Shown: positions 22,203-33,331, counted from the stretch's first letter. The stretch: 64,000 nucleotides of DNA from Sphingomonadales bacterium (GCA_016872215.1 VHAX01000010.1:2158-66157), one strand, 5' to 3'. Made by a program: numbers and translations. Notes: generated by a model from the letters alone, not told the origin.

Positions 22203-22472
22203 TTACTTACGGAGGTTGAGCTTTTCTACGATGCTGCGATAGCGCATGATATCGATGCGGTGCAGGTAGTTTAGCAAATCACGGCGGCGACCAACCATTT
22301 TGATGAGGGCCTGCTGTGTGGAGTAGTCCTTGCGGTTTTTTTTGAGATGCTCGGTTAGATGGGCAATGCGCACAGAATATTGTGCGATCTGACTCTCTGC
22401 CGATCCGGTATCCTGAGCCCCCGAGCCATACTGGGCATAAATCTTCTGCTTTTCAGCGGTGTTTAAATACAT
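22203..22472 (-). CDS. rpsO: 30S ribosomal protein S15
   Basis: S15 signature (GSAESQIAQYSVRIAHLTEHLKKNRKDYSTQQAL...MVGRRR). I moved the start to MYLNTAEKQ (22472) because the ORF-track start at 22529 lies inside the -7 promoter box. Confidence 0.85.
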   Translation of the reverse strand: MYLNTAEKQKIYAQYGSGAQDTGSAESQIAQYSVRIAHLTEHLKKNRKDYSTQQALIKMVGRRRDLLNYLHRIDIMRYRSIVEKLNLRK

Positions 22473-22526
22473 AATCACATGAATTAAATGACCGCCACGA
22501 TGGCGGATCTTCTTTGGATAAGGGCG

Positions 22527-22534
22527 CAAAGATA
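22527..22534 (-). promoter_or_regulatory. -7 box TATCTTTG (extended TTATCTTTGCGCCCTT) upstream of rpsO
   Basis: TAnnTTTG on the minus strand, about 55 nt upstream of the proposed rpsO start. Confidence 0.5.
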
Positions 22535-22548
22535 AGAAAAAGTACGGA

Positions 22549-23388
22549 TTAATCCTTAAGTAGCCTTAAAATCTGGGCAATAGTCTTGCGCAAATCCTTA
22601 CGGTCCACGATTTTATCGAGAAAACCATGTTCCAACAAGAATTCGGAGGTCTGAAAGCCCTTGGGCAGATCCTTTCCGATGGTTTCCCTGATTACACGTG
22701 GACCAGCAAATCCAATTAAGGCACCAGGCTCGGCCAGATTGAAATCGCCGAGCATGGCAAATGAAGCCGTAACACCCCCCGTTGTGGGGTCGGTCATCAG
22801 CGATATATAGGGAACACCAGCATCGGCCAACAGCGAAAGCCGTGCCGATGTTTTGGCGAGTTGCATCAGGGAAAATGCTGCCTCCATCATACGGGCCCCG
22901 CCAGACTTGGAAATGATGAGCAGAGGGGTTTGGGTAGCACAGGCATAGTCAGCCGCACGGGCTATCTTCTCCCCCATAACAGAGCCCATCGATCCACCAA
23001 TGAAATCAAAATCCATGCAGGTTACCACCAGTTCGACCCCTTCAACCGTTCCGGAGGCTGTGCGAATGGCGTCGTTCAGTCCACTTTTGGCACGAGCTGC
23101 TTTCACCCGGTCCAAGTAAGGTTTGGTATCCACAAAGCCTAGCGGGTCGGCCGCCACCAGATCAGAATCGCGCTCTAAGAATTTTTGTCGATCGAACAAG
23201 ATCTCAAAGTATTCCTTGGAGCCAATTCTCAAGTGGTAATTGCATTTGGAGCAGACGTATTGATTGTCCTTGAGCTCGCTCGTGAGCAATGCTGCCTTAC
23301 ACGACGGACATTTATGCCACAGACCCTCTGGAACCTCCAGTTTGGGTTGGGTGGTAACACCCGTGGTCGATCTTCTGAACCAGGCCAT
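22549..23388 (-). CDS. accD: Acetyl-CoA carboxylase carboxyltransferase subunit beta
   Basis: N-terminal C4 zinc ribbon (CPSCKA...CSKCNYH) and a carboxyltransferase domain. Confidence 0.9.
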   Translation of the reverse strand: MAWFRRSTTGVTTQPKLEVPEGLWHKCPSCKAALLTSELKDNQYVCSKCNYHLRIGSKEYFEILFDRQKFLERDSDLVAADPLGFVDTKPYLDRVKAARAKSGLNDAIRTASGTVEGVELVVTCMDFDFIGGSMGSVMGEKIARAADYACATQTPLLIISKSGGARMMEAAFSLMQLAKTSARLSLLADAGVPYISLMTDPTTGGVTASFAMLGDFNLAEPGALIGFAGPRVIRETIGKDLPKGFQTSEFLLEHGFLDKIVDRKDLRKTIAQILRLLKD

Positions 23389-23397
23389 TCAACAGGA

Positions 23398-24456
23398 TTA
23401 GGCCAGACTTATTTCGCGATCCAGATAGACATCTTGTACGATATTCAGGAGCCCTACACCCTCTTTCATAGGCTTTTGAAATGCCTTTCTGCCAAGAATG
23501 AGGCCAGTTCCACCCGCGCGCTTGTTCACCACCGCCGTCACCACTGCTTCTTGTATGTCGCCCGCGCCCTTCGATTCTCCACCCGAGTTGATGAGTCCCG
23601 CCCTACCCATATAGCAGTTAGCTACTTGGTAGCGACAAAGATCGATCGGATGCGCACTACTCAGTTTGTCGTAAACCATAGGGTGGGTTTTGCCATGCCT
23701 GGTGACCAAATATCCCCCGTTGTTGACCGGCAGTTTTTGCTTGATAATGTCGGCCTGTATGGTGACCCCCAGATGATTGGCCTGCCCGGTGAGGTCGGCT
23801 GAGGCATGGTAATCGACACCATCAATCTTGAACCCGGAATTTCTGGTGTAGCACCACAATATGGTGGCCATGCCCAACTGATGGGCATGCTCGAATGCCT
23901 TGGCAACCTCCACGATTTGTCGCCCCGACTCTTCAGATCCGAAGTAGATGGTGGCGCCCACGGCAGCTGCGCCCATATTCCAGGCGTCCTGTATGGTTCC
24001 AAACAGGATCTGGTCGTAGCGGTTGGGGTAACTCAAAAATTCATTGTGGTTGATTTTCACCACGAACGGGATTTTATGTGCATAGCGGCGCGCAACAGAC
24101 GACAACACACCGTAAGTTGAAGCCACTGCATTGCACCCCCCCTCGATTGCCAGTTCAACTATATTCGAGGGGTCAAAGTAAATGGGATTAGGCGCAAAAG
24201 ACGCTCCTGCCGAATGCTCAATGCCCTGGTCGACCGGCAAAATGCTCAGATAGCCGCTACCTCCGAGCCGTCCGTGGTTGTAAAGTGATTGCAGGCTTCT
24301 CAGAGTGGGGATATTTCGGTTGGATGCCGACCACACCCGGTCGATAAAATCGGGACCTGGTGTGTGCAATTGGGCCGATGGAATGGTTCCGCAACGGTGG
24401 TCCAACAAATAACCGGCTTGATCGCCGAGTAGACTTTGAATACGGTTTTGGCTCAT
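23398..24456 (-). CDS. fbaB: Class I fructose-bisphosphate aldolase (FbaB/DhnA type)
   Basis: About 350-aa DhnA-type TIM-barrel aldolase. The sequence features are consistent with class I FbaB. This is a motif-level judgment only. Confidence 0.7.
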   Translation of the reverse strand: MSQNRIQSLLGDQAGYLLDHRCGTIPSAQLHTPGPDFIDRVWSASNRNIPTLRSLQSLYNHGRLGGSGYLSILPVDQGIEHSAGASFAPNPIYFDPSNIVELAIEGGCNAVASTYGVLSSVARRYAHKIPFVVKINHNEFLSYPNRYDQILFGTIQDAWNMGAAAVGATIYFGSEESGRQIVEVAKAFEHAHQLGMATILWCYTRNSGFKIDGVDYHASADLTGQANHLGVTIQADIIKQKLPVNNGGYLVTRHGKTHPMVYDKLSSAHPIDLCRYQVANCYMGRAGLINSGGESKGAGDIQEAVVTAVVNKRAGGTGLILGRKAFQKPMKEGVGLLNIVQDVYLDREISLA

Positions 24457-24507
24457 AAGGGGTATTTGATGAATGAAAGGGCAAAACTACGAACTTGCGG
24501 CCAAATT

Positions 24508-24957
24508 ATGAAGTCTAGCCCCAACGCAAGACCAGAAATGCTTCTTGTAACTGTTGCCAGTGCTGCTGATTTACCCATTGTTTTTGACATCCGAAACCGG
24601 GTTTTTGTTGTAGAACAACAGGTTGATCCGAAGGAGGAGTATGACGTATACGAGGGGGCTTCTACCCACTTAATCGCATTTTGGGACGGTGCGGCTGTGG
24701 GAACCGCACGATTCAGGTCGACGGAAAAGGGCTGGAAAATTGAACGAATGGCTGTGCTTGCCCCATTTAGGAGGCTGGGAGTCGGCAAGGCTCTTCTTCT
24801 GGAGGTTCTTGTCCGCATACCACAGGATGGCCGCTCTATTTATCTGCATGCACAGGAACACGCTTTGAGCTTTTACAAGGGTCTGGGTTTTTCATCTTCG
24901 GGGGATCGCTTTTATGAGGCCGACATCCCCCACCGTTTGTGCACCTACAAGCTGTAG
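24508..24957 (+). CDS. GNAT family N-acetyltransferase
   Basis: Acetyl-CoA binding motif RRLGVGKALLLEV. The start is set at MKSSPN, after the divergent fbaB start. Confidence 0.7.
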   Translation: MKSSPNARPEMLLVTVASAADLPIVFDIRNRVFVVEQQVDPKEEYDVYEGASTHLIAFWDGAAVGTARFRSTEKGWKIERMAVLAPFRRLGVGKALLLEVLVRIPQDGRSIYLHAQEHALSFYKGLGFSSSGDRFYEADIPHRLCTYKL

Positions 24958-24992
24958 TTTACCGGCTCAACGAATAACATCCCTGGCATAGT

Positions 24993-25055
24993 GCTTTCGT
25001 TTGCTTTAGCCTGATCACGTTTGCTTTCGTTTGCTTTCGTTTGCTTTCGTTTGCC
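24993..25055. repeat. 10-bp microsatellite (TTTGCTTTCG) about 3.5 tandem copies plus one degenerate copy
   Basis: gctttcgtttgcttta...gtttgctttcgtttgctttcgtttgctttcgtttgcc, overlapping the predicted TTG start of comEC. Confidence 0.7.
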
Positions 25056-27169
25056 GCACGGCTTGTGTCCCCGCCTTGGGCGATTTTTGCCCCGTGGTTC
25101 GTCCCTTCCTTTTTTCATGGGCTGAAGTCCCTTTTTTCCGCATCCTGATTTGGACGGGCGCGGCCTTGCTGTTGCCACCCATATTCATCGAACGATCAGA
25201 TTCCTGGATTTGGGGGGTTCCCCTATTGCCGACAGCTCATTTATTGTTATTAGGTCGACTCAAAGGACGGTTCCGGTTTCGATGGTTAACCGGCCTCTCG
25301 ACGGGGGTGTGCATTTCGACCCTGATTTGGATCAACCACAGTCTGCATTTCTCGGCTTATCAGGCACGACTGCCCCCTGAGTGCACATTTCAAGTCTGTT
25401 TGTTGCAGGTGGACGGGGTCGCGGATACGAGTCACCGACAAGTACGTGTGTTGTGCAGCTGGATTTTGGCAGACACATCCGACTATATGGTCCGCTACGG
25501 ATCCCGAATTCGACTTGAAACCGACTTTGCATGGCGGGCACCGCCTCCGGGTACGTTCATTGTGGTTCGCAACGCGCGGTCGGGTCATTTCCGCAATCTG
25601 CGAAACCCGCACGCATTCAATACTGAAGGATATGCACGGAACAAGGGGATTGTGGGTCGACTCAAAACAAGGTCTGAACAAATTATTACGGCTCATCTCT
25701 CTTCCAACCTTAGCCTCAGGCAAAGGGCACAGCGGCTCAGCAAGCAGGTTTGTCGGGTGATCTATACCCATCTCCCACAACGGGAAGCGGCACTGGCCTG
25801 CGCGATTCTACTGGGTGAGCGGCAGGGGATGGATGAAGAAACAGAGCAGGCTTTTTCGGGCAGTGGACTCATTCACATTATGGCGGTCTCGGGAATGCAC
25901 GTGGGCATCTTCTACCTTATGTGTTCATGGTTGTTGTTTTCCATATTACGGCTTCCAAAAAAGGCTGCCACATTGGTTATCCTGCTGCTTTTGTGGACCT
26001 ATGCACTTCTCACCGGACTCTCCCCCTCGGTGGTTAGGGCTTCCGGTATGTTCAGCCTGGCCTCCGCAGGCAAACTATGGAACAGGCATGCTTCATCCTA
26101 CAACCTGATGTCGGCCGCTGCCTTCTTTCAGGTCTGGCTAGACACACGGCTTCCAGCCCAACCCGGATTTCTGCTGTCTTATGCTGCCGTATTTGGCATC
26201 CTCTTTCTTCATCCCAGGTTGTTTTCTTTGTATTGGACGAAAAACAAGTGGCTTGATAAAGTGTGGGAACTCTGTTCTCTATCCCTTTCAGCCCAATGGT
26301 TTACCCTACCCTTCGTGCTGTACTACTTCCATACTTTCCCAGTGTACTTCCTCCCCGCAAACCTATTGGTGGTGCCTTTGGCGGCGCCCGCCCTGATTGG
26401 TACCCTACTGCTGGTTTTTCTCAGTTTAGTGCCCTTTCTGGCTCAACTATTCGCCTATCCTCTATCGTGGCTACTCATGGGAATCAATGAAATGACCGCC
26501 TGGATATCCGCTTTGCCCTATGCACAAAGTTCGGGCTGGTACTGGACTCAAGTGGATGGACTCATCGCCGGTTCACTTGTGGTTCTGATTCCTTTGGGTT
26601 GGTTGATCCAAAATAGGTGGGCTCGTCAGGCGACCATTACGGCAGGAGTAGCATGGTACGGCCTTACCCTGACCCACCTTCTGATGATGTGGGAGAGCGG
26701 TGATTTCCATATCTATGAGGGATACTTGCGCGGTTCAGCCGCGATTCGGGTTGGCCGACAGGCCTGGGTCTGGTCGGATCCGGCAGATGGCCTCACGCTT
26801 GCCGCAACCGATCCTGTGCGGAGAGAGGGCGTGAAGCGAATCACCGTGTTGCAAAACCAGGGTGTGGTTGTAGTTCGCTGGCAAAACAAAACTGCTCTCT
26901 GGCTATCGCAACCGAATGATAGGAGTGTCGACAGGTTGCCGGAGGCGGATATTCTGATCCTGGAATGCAGACTGAAATCCGAGGCGTTCATTGGGTTTGC
27001 GAACAAATATCCGATCATGATTTTGGGATCGGGCTACAAGCCGTATTTTTGTCAGCAAATCAGACTCCTGACGGGGCGCGATCGCCACTCATGTCGCTGC
27101 ATTTCCGAAGAAGGGGGCATCAGCCTATGGAATATCAGTATATCGAAGCCTGCATTGAAGAGGGAATAG
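25031..27169 (+). CDS. comEC: ComEC/Rec2 family competence membrane protein (no C-terminal metallo-beta-lactamase domain evident)
   Basis: Multi-TM competence domain with AILLGERQGMDEETEQAFSGSGLIHIMAVSGMHVGIF. The start codon is uncertain: the ORF-track start is TTG inside the microsatellite. No HxHxDH motif in the C-terminal third. Confidence 0.78.
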   Translation: MLSFAFVCRTACVPALGDFCPVVRPFLFSWAEVPFFRILIWTGAALLLPPIFIERSDSWIWGVPLLPTAHLLLLGRLKGRFRFRWLTGLSTGVCISTLIWINHSLHFSAYQARLPPECTFQVCLLQVDGVADTSHRQVRVLCSWILADTSDYMVRYGSRIRLETDFAWRAPPPGTFIVVRNARSGHFRNLRNPHAFNTEGYARNKGIVGRLKTRSEQIITAHLSSNLSLRQRAQRLSKQVCRVIYTHLPQREAALACAILLGERQGMDEETEQAFSGSGLIHIMAVSGMHVGIFYLMCSWLLFSILRLPKKAATLVILLLLWTYALLTGLSPSVVRASGMFSLASAGKLWNRHASSYNLMSAAAFFQVWLDTRLPAQPGFLLSYAAVFGILFLHPRLFSLYWTKNKWLDKVWELCSLSLSAQWFTLPFVLYYFHTFPVYFLPANLLVVPLAAPALIGTLLLVFLSLVPFLAQLFAYPLSWLLMGINEMTAWISALPYAQSSGWYWTQVDGLIAGSLVVLIPLGWLIQNRWARQATITAGVAWYGLTLTHLLMMWESGDFHIYEGYLRGSAAIRVGRQAWVWSDPADGLTLAATDPVRREGVKRITVLQNQGVVVVRWQNKTALWLSQPNDRSVDRLPEADILILECRLKSEAFIGFANKYPIMILGSGYKPYFCQQIRLLTGRDRHSCRCISEEGGISLWNISISKPALKRE

Positions 27170-27915
27170 GACGCATCATATTGAATCGTCCCGAAAAAAG
27201 AAATGCCTTCAATGCACGTCTGGTAACAGAGTTGAAAAGGGCGCTTAAACATTTCTTTGAGGAACCTCAATGCAGTTTGATTGTGTTTTCGGGCAACGGG
27301 CCTGCTTTCAGCGCCGGCGCTGACCTGTCATATCTGAAATCCCTCCAAAATAACTCACTGGAGGAAAATCTGGCTGATTCCCGTGCCCTTAAGGAACTGT
27401 ATCTAATGATGTATGAGAGTCCCAAGGTACTGGTTGCTCGGGTGGAGGGGCCAGCATTGGCTGGCGGTTGCGGGCTTGCTACTTTATGTGACTATTGTTT
27501 CGCGGTACCAGCTGCCACTTTTGGCTACACGGAGGTGCGGATTGGCTTCATTCCCGCACTTGTATCCGTGTTCCTGGTCCGAAAAATTGGAGATGCCCGT
27601 GCAAGGGAACTGCTTTTGAGTGGCGATGTGCTCGAGGCACGGGAGGCCCTCCGATATGGTCTGATCAGCTTTGTGGTGGCGGCCGATGAAATAGTTAATA
27701 CGGTCGATTCCTTTGCCCGGAACATCGCAACCCGTTGTGCTCCGGGCAGTCTGGCCGCGACCCGGAAGTTGCTCGCCGACATTCAGGATTTATCGCTCAA
27801 CGAAGCGCTTGAGTTGGCGGCCCTCCGCAACGCAGAAATCCGCTCATCCGAAGAATGCCGCAAGGGGATTCGCTTGTTTCTCAACAAAGAACCCATTGTT
27901 TGGCGGGAACCATAG
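27127..27915 (+). CDS. Enoyl-CoA hydratase/isomerase family protein (crotonase fold)
   Basis: Crotonase motifs (GRIILNRPEKRNAF, FSAGADL, oxyanion-hole region). The start is at MEYQYIEA. Confidence 0.85.
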   Translation: MEYQYIEACIEEGIGRIILNRPEKRNAFNARLVTELKRALKHFFEEPQCSLIVFSGNGPAFSAGADLSYLKSLQNNSLEENLADSRALKELYLMMYESPKVLVARVEGPALAGGCGLATLCDYCFAVPAATFGYTEVRIGFIPALVSVFLVRKIGDARARELLLSGDVLEAREALRYGLISFVVAADEIVNTVDSFARNIATRCAPGSLAATRKLLADIQDLSLNEALELAALRNAEIRSSEECRKGIRLFLNKEPIVWREP

Positions 27916-28030
27916 CTGCAACGCAAGACATGAGTTCCGGAGGCTTCGGCCATCCGAAAACAGAAAAGCGGTACCTTTGTTACTCATATTAGGTTGTTAT
28001 TAACAATCATAGTCACAACCCGTCACATTC

Positions 28031-29479
28031 ATGTCTCAATCGGAGCAGAAACTTCTGGAGCAACTCAGTGAGCGAGATTATCCCCACGGATTTGAAAGCG
28101 ATATCGAACAGGAGATTATCCCCAAGGGACTGTCTGAGGATACCATTCGTTTTATTTCTCAACGAAAAAACGAACCTGAGTGGCTACTCCAGTGGAGACT
28201 GAAAGCCTACCGGCACTGGTTGGGAATGAAGGAACCCAGTTGGCAGAAACTGATCTATCCACCGATCGATTATCAGGACATCAGCTATTTCGCAGCCCCC
28301 AAGTCGGGACCCGTTTTAAACAGCCTCGACGAACTCGACCCGGAGATTAAATCCACCTACGACCGTTTAGGCATTCCATTGGAAGAACAAATGATGTTGG
28401 CTGGGGTAGCAGTTGATGCGGTATTGGATTCCGTGTCGGTGGTCACAACTTTCAAAGAAAAGCTTGCCGAAAAGAATGTCATTTTTTGCTCCATCAGTGA
28501 AGCCGTACACCAATACCCCGAATTGGTGCGCACCTACCTCGGCACGATTGTACCATACACCGATAACTACTTTGCGGCCCTGAACAGCGCAGTCTTTACC
28601 GACGGCTCCTTCGTCTATATTCCGCCCGGGGTTCGTTGTCCTATGGAATTGAGCACCTATTTCCGAATAAACGCTCGGGGAACCGGTCAGTTTGAGCGCA
28701 CGCTCATCATAGCATGCGACGATAGTTACGTAAGTTATCTGGAGGGGTGTACAGCGCCGAAGCGTGACGAAAATCAGTTGCACGCCGCGGTCGTGGAACT
28801 CGTGGCTATGGACCGGGGTGAAGTCAAATATTCGACTGTTCAAAACTGGTATCCTGGCAATAAAGAAGGTAAAGGCGGAATATATAACTTTGTGACTAAA
28901 AGAGGTTTATGCAAAGGAACTTCCAGTAAAATTTCATGGACTCAGGTGGAGACTGGTTCCGCCATAACCTGGAAATACCCAAGCGTGGTTCTGCAGGGTG
29001 ATGATAGTCGCGGTGAATTTTATTCGGTAGCTATGACCACCCACCTGCAACAAGCCGATACGGGCACCAAAATGATCCATATTGGTAAAAACACGCAAAG
29101 CCGGATCGTGAGTAAGGGCATCAGCGCCGGACGCAGCCAAAACAGCTACCGGGGACTCGTCAAGATCCGCAAGTCGGCCGCCAAAGCCCGTAATTATTCG
29201 CAATGCGACTCCCTACTCATGGGCAACCGGTGTGGTGCCCACACATTCCCCTATTTTGAAATTCATCAACCCACAGCCATAGTAGAACATGAGGCCACGA
29301 CTTCCAAGATTGCAGAAGATATACTCTTCTACTGCACCCAAAGGGGTTTGAGCCGAGAATCGGCCATCGCTATGATCGTGAACGGCTACGCGCGTGAAGT
29401 TCTGGACCACCTTCCCATGGAATTCGCTGTTGAAGCCCGAAAACTATTGGCCATTTCCTTGGAGGGTTCTGTGGGCTGA
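28031..29479 (+). CDS. sufB: Fe-S cluster assembly protein SufB
   Basis: 482-aa SufB with conserved core. A TACCTTTG -7 box lies about 50 nt upstream. Confidence 0.95.
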   Translation: MSQSEQKLLEQLSERDYPHGFESDIEQEIIPKGLSEDTIRFISQRKNEPEWLLQWRLKAYRHWLGMKEPSWQKLIYPPIDYQDISYFAAPKSGPVLNSLDELDPEIKSTYDRLGIPLEEQMMLAGVAVDAVLDSVSVVTTFKEKLAEKNVIFCSISEAVHQYPELVRTYLGTIVPYTDNYFAALNSAVFTDGSFVYIPPGVRCPMELSTYFRINARGTGQFERTLIIACDDSYVSYLEGCTAPKRDENQLHAAVVELVAMDRGEVKYSTVQNWYPGNKEGKGGIYNFVTKRGLCKGTSSKISWTQVETGSAITWKYPSVVLQGDDSRGEFYSVAMTTHLQQADTGTKMIHIGKNTQSRIVSKGISAGRSQNSYRGLVKIRKSAAKARNYSQCDSLLMGNRCGAHTFPYFEIHQPTAIVEHEATTSKIAEDILFYCTQRGLSRESAIAMIVNGYAREVLDHLPMEFAVEARKLLAISLEGSVG

Positions 29480-29534
29480 GCCGAGAAAATAAAGACCGAT
29501 AAAAATTAATCAGATAACGAGCTAGATCTTAAAC

Positions 29535-30293
29535 ATGCTGTTGGAAATTGAAAATCTCAGAGCCTCCATTGAAGGCAAAGAAATCCTGAAAGGCGTAAAC
29601 CTGAGTGTACCTGCCGGTGAGGTTCATGCTATTATGGGGCCAAATGGATCGGGCAAATCGACCCTTTCCTCGGTCATTGCCGGTAAGGATGGCTATGAAA
29701 CATCTGGTAGTATCCGTTTTGATGGGCAGGAAATTTCCGATTGGGAACCGGAAATCAGAGCCCGGGAAGGAATGTTTTTAGCCTTCCAGTACCCCGTGGA
29801 ACTTCCGGGGGTAGGTCTCAGTTCATTCCTGAGGGCCTGTGTCAACGAACGAAGGAAGCACATCGGACAGTCCGAACTGGATGCCTCCTCCTTTCTGGCC
29901 CTTATGAGGGAAAAGGCAGCACTTGTAGAGTTGAGCCAAGATCTGATCCGCCGTCCCGTCAACCAGGGCTTCTCCGGTGGTGAGAAAAAACGAAATGAGA
30001 TATTCCAAATGGCCATGCTGGATCCCCGGATGGCCATTTTGGATGAGACCGATTCTGGCCTCGACATCGATGCTTTGCGGATTGTCGCTGAGGGAGTCAA
30101 CAAACTTCGGAATCCACAGCGTTCCTTGTTGGTGATTACCCACTACCAGCGACTCCTGGAGTATATTGTGCCCGATCGGGTGCATGTACTGATTGATGGA
30201 GCCATTGTTATGAGTGGTGACCGCACGCTGGCTCTGGCACTGGAAGAGAAAGGCTACGATTTGGTACGGGCAGAACAGGAGGTTTCGTCGTGA
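29535..30293 (+). CDS. sufC: Fe-S cluster assembly ATPase SufC
   Basis: ABC ATPase with Walker A GPNGSGKST, ABC signature FSGGEKKR, and Walker B ILDETDSGLD. Confidence 0.95.
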   Translation: MLLEIENLRASIEGKEILKGVNLSVPAGEVHAIMGPNGSGKSTLSSVIAGKDGYETSGSIRFDGQEISDWEPEIRAREGMFLAFQYPVELPGVGLSSFLRACVNERRKHIGQSELDASSFLALMREKAALVELSQDLIRRPVNQGFSGGEKKRNEIFQMAMLDPRMAILDETDSGLDIDALRIVAEGVNKLRNPQRSLLVITHYQRLLEYIVPDRVHVLIDGAIVMSGDRTLALALEEKGYDLVRAEQEVSS

Positions 30294-31564
30294 CCACCAC
30301 ACAGGAATTGTTGGGTCAGATGTCGTATTCCGATCAGGCTGCTGGAAACCTGCTGAACCATAAGCTTCCGGATTACCGCGATGAGGATTGGAAATACACC
30401 CATTATTCGGGATTCGAGCACTACAAAAAGCTTCAAACATCAGGAAATCCAATAGCGCATCCCCCGCTTGCACGGCGGTCAACCACCCCTTTCCATGAAG
30501 ATGCTTGGATTGCTGTTGTTGTAAATGGCATCCTTCAAGCCAATCTGAGTAATCTCCCTAATCACTCTACCGGGATACGAGTGGCTAAGCTTAGTGAGGC
30601 CATATCGGATGACTCCGGCCTCGAGCCTGGGTACAGTCCCGGTGCCCTTGCCCTCGCGAAAGGTCATTACTACAGCCAGTGGGCCATGGCTCAGGGAGCT
30701 GAGGGACTTTTTATCCGGGTTAATAGCGGTATAGTGGCCGAAAAACACCTTCTGATCCACACCATTAACGACATCCAGCAGCCCCAGCAGGTATTACCCA
30801 CCCATCACCTCATCGTTTTGGAGTCGAATGCTGCTCTAACGCTTTCCGAGACACAGGAAGGCAGTGGAGAAGGCATGTCATTGTCGTTGCAAGAGATTCA
30901 TTTAAGCAATCAGGCACGTCTTGAGCATAGTCAGCTTCAATTGTGGGGAAATGAGTTTGAGTGCATCCAACAAGTGTTGGTGGCACAACAAACGGAGAGC
31001 CATTATGCTCATTTCGCCTATTGTGGCGGGGGGGCCAAGGTCAGAAATCAGTTAACTGTGATGCAGGAGGGTCAACTGGCCCTTACAGAGCTTACAGGAC
31101 TCGTTTTGCCTGGTGTTGGGAAACATGTCGACAACCAGACCCTGATTCACCACCAATCACCGCACACCAGCAGTCGACAACGGTACCGAAGTCTGGTGGC
31201 CCGCGAAGGCACCTCGGTATTCAATGGAAAGGTGTATGTTAACCCCGGGGCACAGAAAACCGATGCCTATCAACACCACGCAAGCCTGCTGATGCACGAA
31301 ACGGCAGTTTCCAATGCCAAACCCGAACTGGAAATCTATGCCGATGATGTGAAATGTTCTCATGGCGCAACCGCGGGGATGTTGGACGCTGGAGAAATTC
31401 ACTATATGCGGTCGAGGGGACTATCAGAAGTTCAGGCACGAATGATGCTGCAGGAGGCTTTCGTACGCGACCTGCTCGATTCCTTACCAGGTGAATCGCT
31501 GCGCTTGTGGTGCCACAACCACTGTTCTGATCGGCTCAATGTATTGAATCAATTATCGATCTAA
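30290..31564 (+). CDS. sufD: Fe-S cluster assembly protein SufD
   Basis: SufBD-family beta-helix protein immediately after sufC, with a 4-bp overlap. Confidence 0.88.
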   Translation: MTTTQELLGQMSYSDQAAGNLLNHKLPDYRDEDWKYTHYSGFEHYKKLQTSGNPIAHPPLARRSTTPFHEDAWIAVVVNGILQANLSNLPNHSTGIRVAKLSEAISDDSGLEPGYSPGALALAKGHYYSQWAMAQGAEGLFIRVNSGIVAEKHLLIHTINDIQQPQQVLPTHHLIVLESNAALTLSETQEGSGEGMSLSLQEIHLSNQARLEHSQLQLWGNEFECIQQVLVAQQTESHYAHFAYCGGGAKVRNQLTVMQEGQLALTELTGLVLPGVGKHVDNQTLIHHQSPHTSSRQRYRSLVAREGTSVFNGKVYVNPGAQKTDAYQHHASLLMHETAVSNAKPELEIYADDVKCSHGATAGMLDAGEIHYMRSRGLSEVQARMMLQEAFVRDLLDSLPGESLRLWCHNHCSDRLNVLNQLSI

Positions 31565-31583
31565 AACCCCTTTCACCGAGCAC

Positions 31584-32858
31584 ATGAGTTCAAATTGGTC
31601 GGCTAAAACAGGATCTGAAGGACTAACGCGACCCGACTGGGATGCCATACGCCTAGAATTTCCTGCCCTGCATCAATCGGTTAACGGGTGCCCATTGGCC
31701 TATTTCGATCACGCCGCCACCTCACAAAAGCCGCGTCGGGTAATCAATGCCATGACCCATTATTACCAATCCGATAATGCCAACGTGCACCGGGGCGTAC
31801 ACAACCTGAGTCAACGCGCAACCACGGTATATGAAGCGGCACGGACCAAAACCGCTCGATTTCTGGGTGCCGCGGATTCATCGGAAATCATATTCACATC
31901 CGGAACCACTGCCTCCATCAATTTGGTGGCTCAGTCCTGGGGCAATGCTCATCTAAAACCCGGCGATGAGGTGTTGGTGACCGGCCTGGAACACCACGCA
32001 AATCTGGTACCCTGGCAAATGGCTTGCACACGTACCGGCGCCCGTCTGAAAATTGTTCCGGTAAACGAACGGGGCGAAGTATCGACCGAAGCGGTATCAG
32101 AGATGCTCACGTCGGGTACCCGTATGTTCGCGTTCTGTTGGATCAGCAACGCTTTGGGTACCATAAACCCGGCACAGGAATGGGTAGAAATGGCACGCAA
32201 AAGGGGGATTACCACGCTAATCGATGCGGCACAAGTGGTGGCCCATAAGCCTATAAATCTTCAGGAAATTGGGTGTGACTTTTTATGCTTTTCGGCCCAC
32301 AAAATGATGGGGCCCACCGGTACTGGTGTTCTATATGGTATAAAATCAGTACTCGAAACGCTGGATCCGGTTTTCGGGGGGGGCGATATGATCGACGAGG
32401 TATCCTATGAACGGAGCACGTGGGCCGATCTGCCTTATCGTCTCGAGGCAGGCACCCCCAATATTTCGGGCGTCATCGGGTTGTCGGCCGCCATCGACTT
32501 TCTGGAGTCGATTGGTTGGGCATCAATATTGGAGCGCGAGTCGGAATTGCTGTCCTATGCATTGGAAAAATTGCGCAACATTCCTCGCATCCGGTTCATT
32601 GGGGAACCCAAACTCAGAAGCGGGGTGATTTCCTTCATTGCAGACGGGGTTCATCCCTATGACCTGGGCACTCTCCTCGATGAACAGGGCATTGCCCTGC
32701 GCACAGGTCACCACTGCGCACAGCCTCTTATGCGACATTTCGGTATATCAGGCACCTGTCGGGTATCGCTGGCTCTGTACAACAATCATGAAGAAATCGA
32801 CCGTTTGGATTTGGCAATCAGAAGCGCATTACGCCTGATTACAAATGTGGATAAATGA
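31584..32858 (+). CDS. sufS: Cysteine desulfurase SufS (group II, PLP-dependent)
   Basis: PLP-lysine region SAHKMMGPTGTGVLYG and catalytic Cys loop RTGHHCAQP. Confidence 0.9.
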   Translation: MSSNWSAKTGSEGLTRPDWDAIRLEFPALHQSVNGCPLAYFDHAATSQKPRRVINAMTHYYQSDNANVHRGVHNLSQRATTVYEAARTKTARFLGAADSSEIIFTSGTTASINLVAQSWGNAHLKPGDEVLVTGLEHHANLVPWQMACTRTGARLKIVPVNERGEVSTEAVSEMLTSGTRMFAFCWISNALGTINPAQEWVEMARKRGITTLIDAAQVVAHKPINLQEIGCDFLCFSAHKMMGPTGTGVLYGIKSVLETLDPVFGGGDMIDEVSYERSTWADLPYRLEAGTPNISGVIGLSAAIDFLESIGWASILERESELLSYALEKLRNIPRIRFIGEPKLRSGVISFIADGVHPYDLGTLLDEQGIALRTGHHCAQPLMRHFGISGTCRVSLALYNNHEEIDRLDLAIRSALRLITNVDK

Positions 32859-32886
32859 TGACTCCAATGCCTCAACCGGATTGAAT

Positions 32887-33327
32887 ATGATGAACATCCC
32901 AGCCAGTATTCCGGACATTCAAGATCAACTGGCGGCTGACTTTGAATTTCTTGACGATTGGGAGGAGCGTTACGCCTACCTGATGGATCTCGGCAAGGAT
33001 GTACGTGGACTCTCACAGGAGGAAAAGACACTCGACAACCTGATCAAAGGCTGTCAGAGTCGTGTCTGGCTCACTACACGGCTCGAAAACAACCGTCTTT
33101 GGATGTACGCAGATTCTGACACCTTCATAGCGCGGGGAATAATAGCTTTACTGATTCGGGTTTTCAATGGACAAACGCCGGCTGATATCTTAAGCGAACC
33201 CTTTGATTTGCCAGAGCGCATCGGTCTAACAGCGCACTTATCGCCTGGAAGAGCCAATGGACTGGCTGGTATGCTCGCGCGAATCCGTTATGATGCTGCG
33301 GTTGCCCTGGGCGATAGAAAAAACTGA
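32887..33327 (+). CDS. sufE: Cysteine desulfuration protein SufE
   Basis: SufE family with the conserved Cys in GCQSRVWL. The start is set at MMNIPAS. Confidence 0.85.
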   Translation: MMNIPASIPDIQDQLAADFEFLDDWEERYAYLMDLGKDVRGLSQEEKTLDNLIKGCQSRVWLTTRLENNRLWMYADSDTFIARGIIALLIRVFNGQTPADILSEPFDLPERIGLTAHLSPGRANGLAGMLARIRYDAAVALGDRKN

Positions 33328-33331
33328 TTGC

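Noticed and set aside
22473-22529. Longer rpsO ORF starting at 22529
   Set aside because: That start would lie inside the TATCTTTG -7 promoter box, and S15 proteins are ~89 aa. The MYLNTAEKQ start fits.
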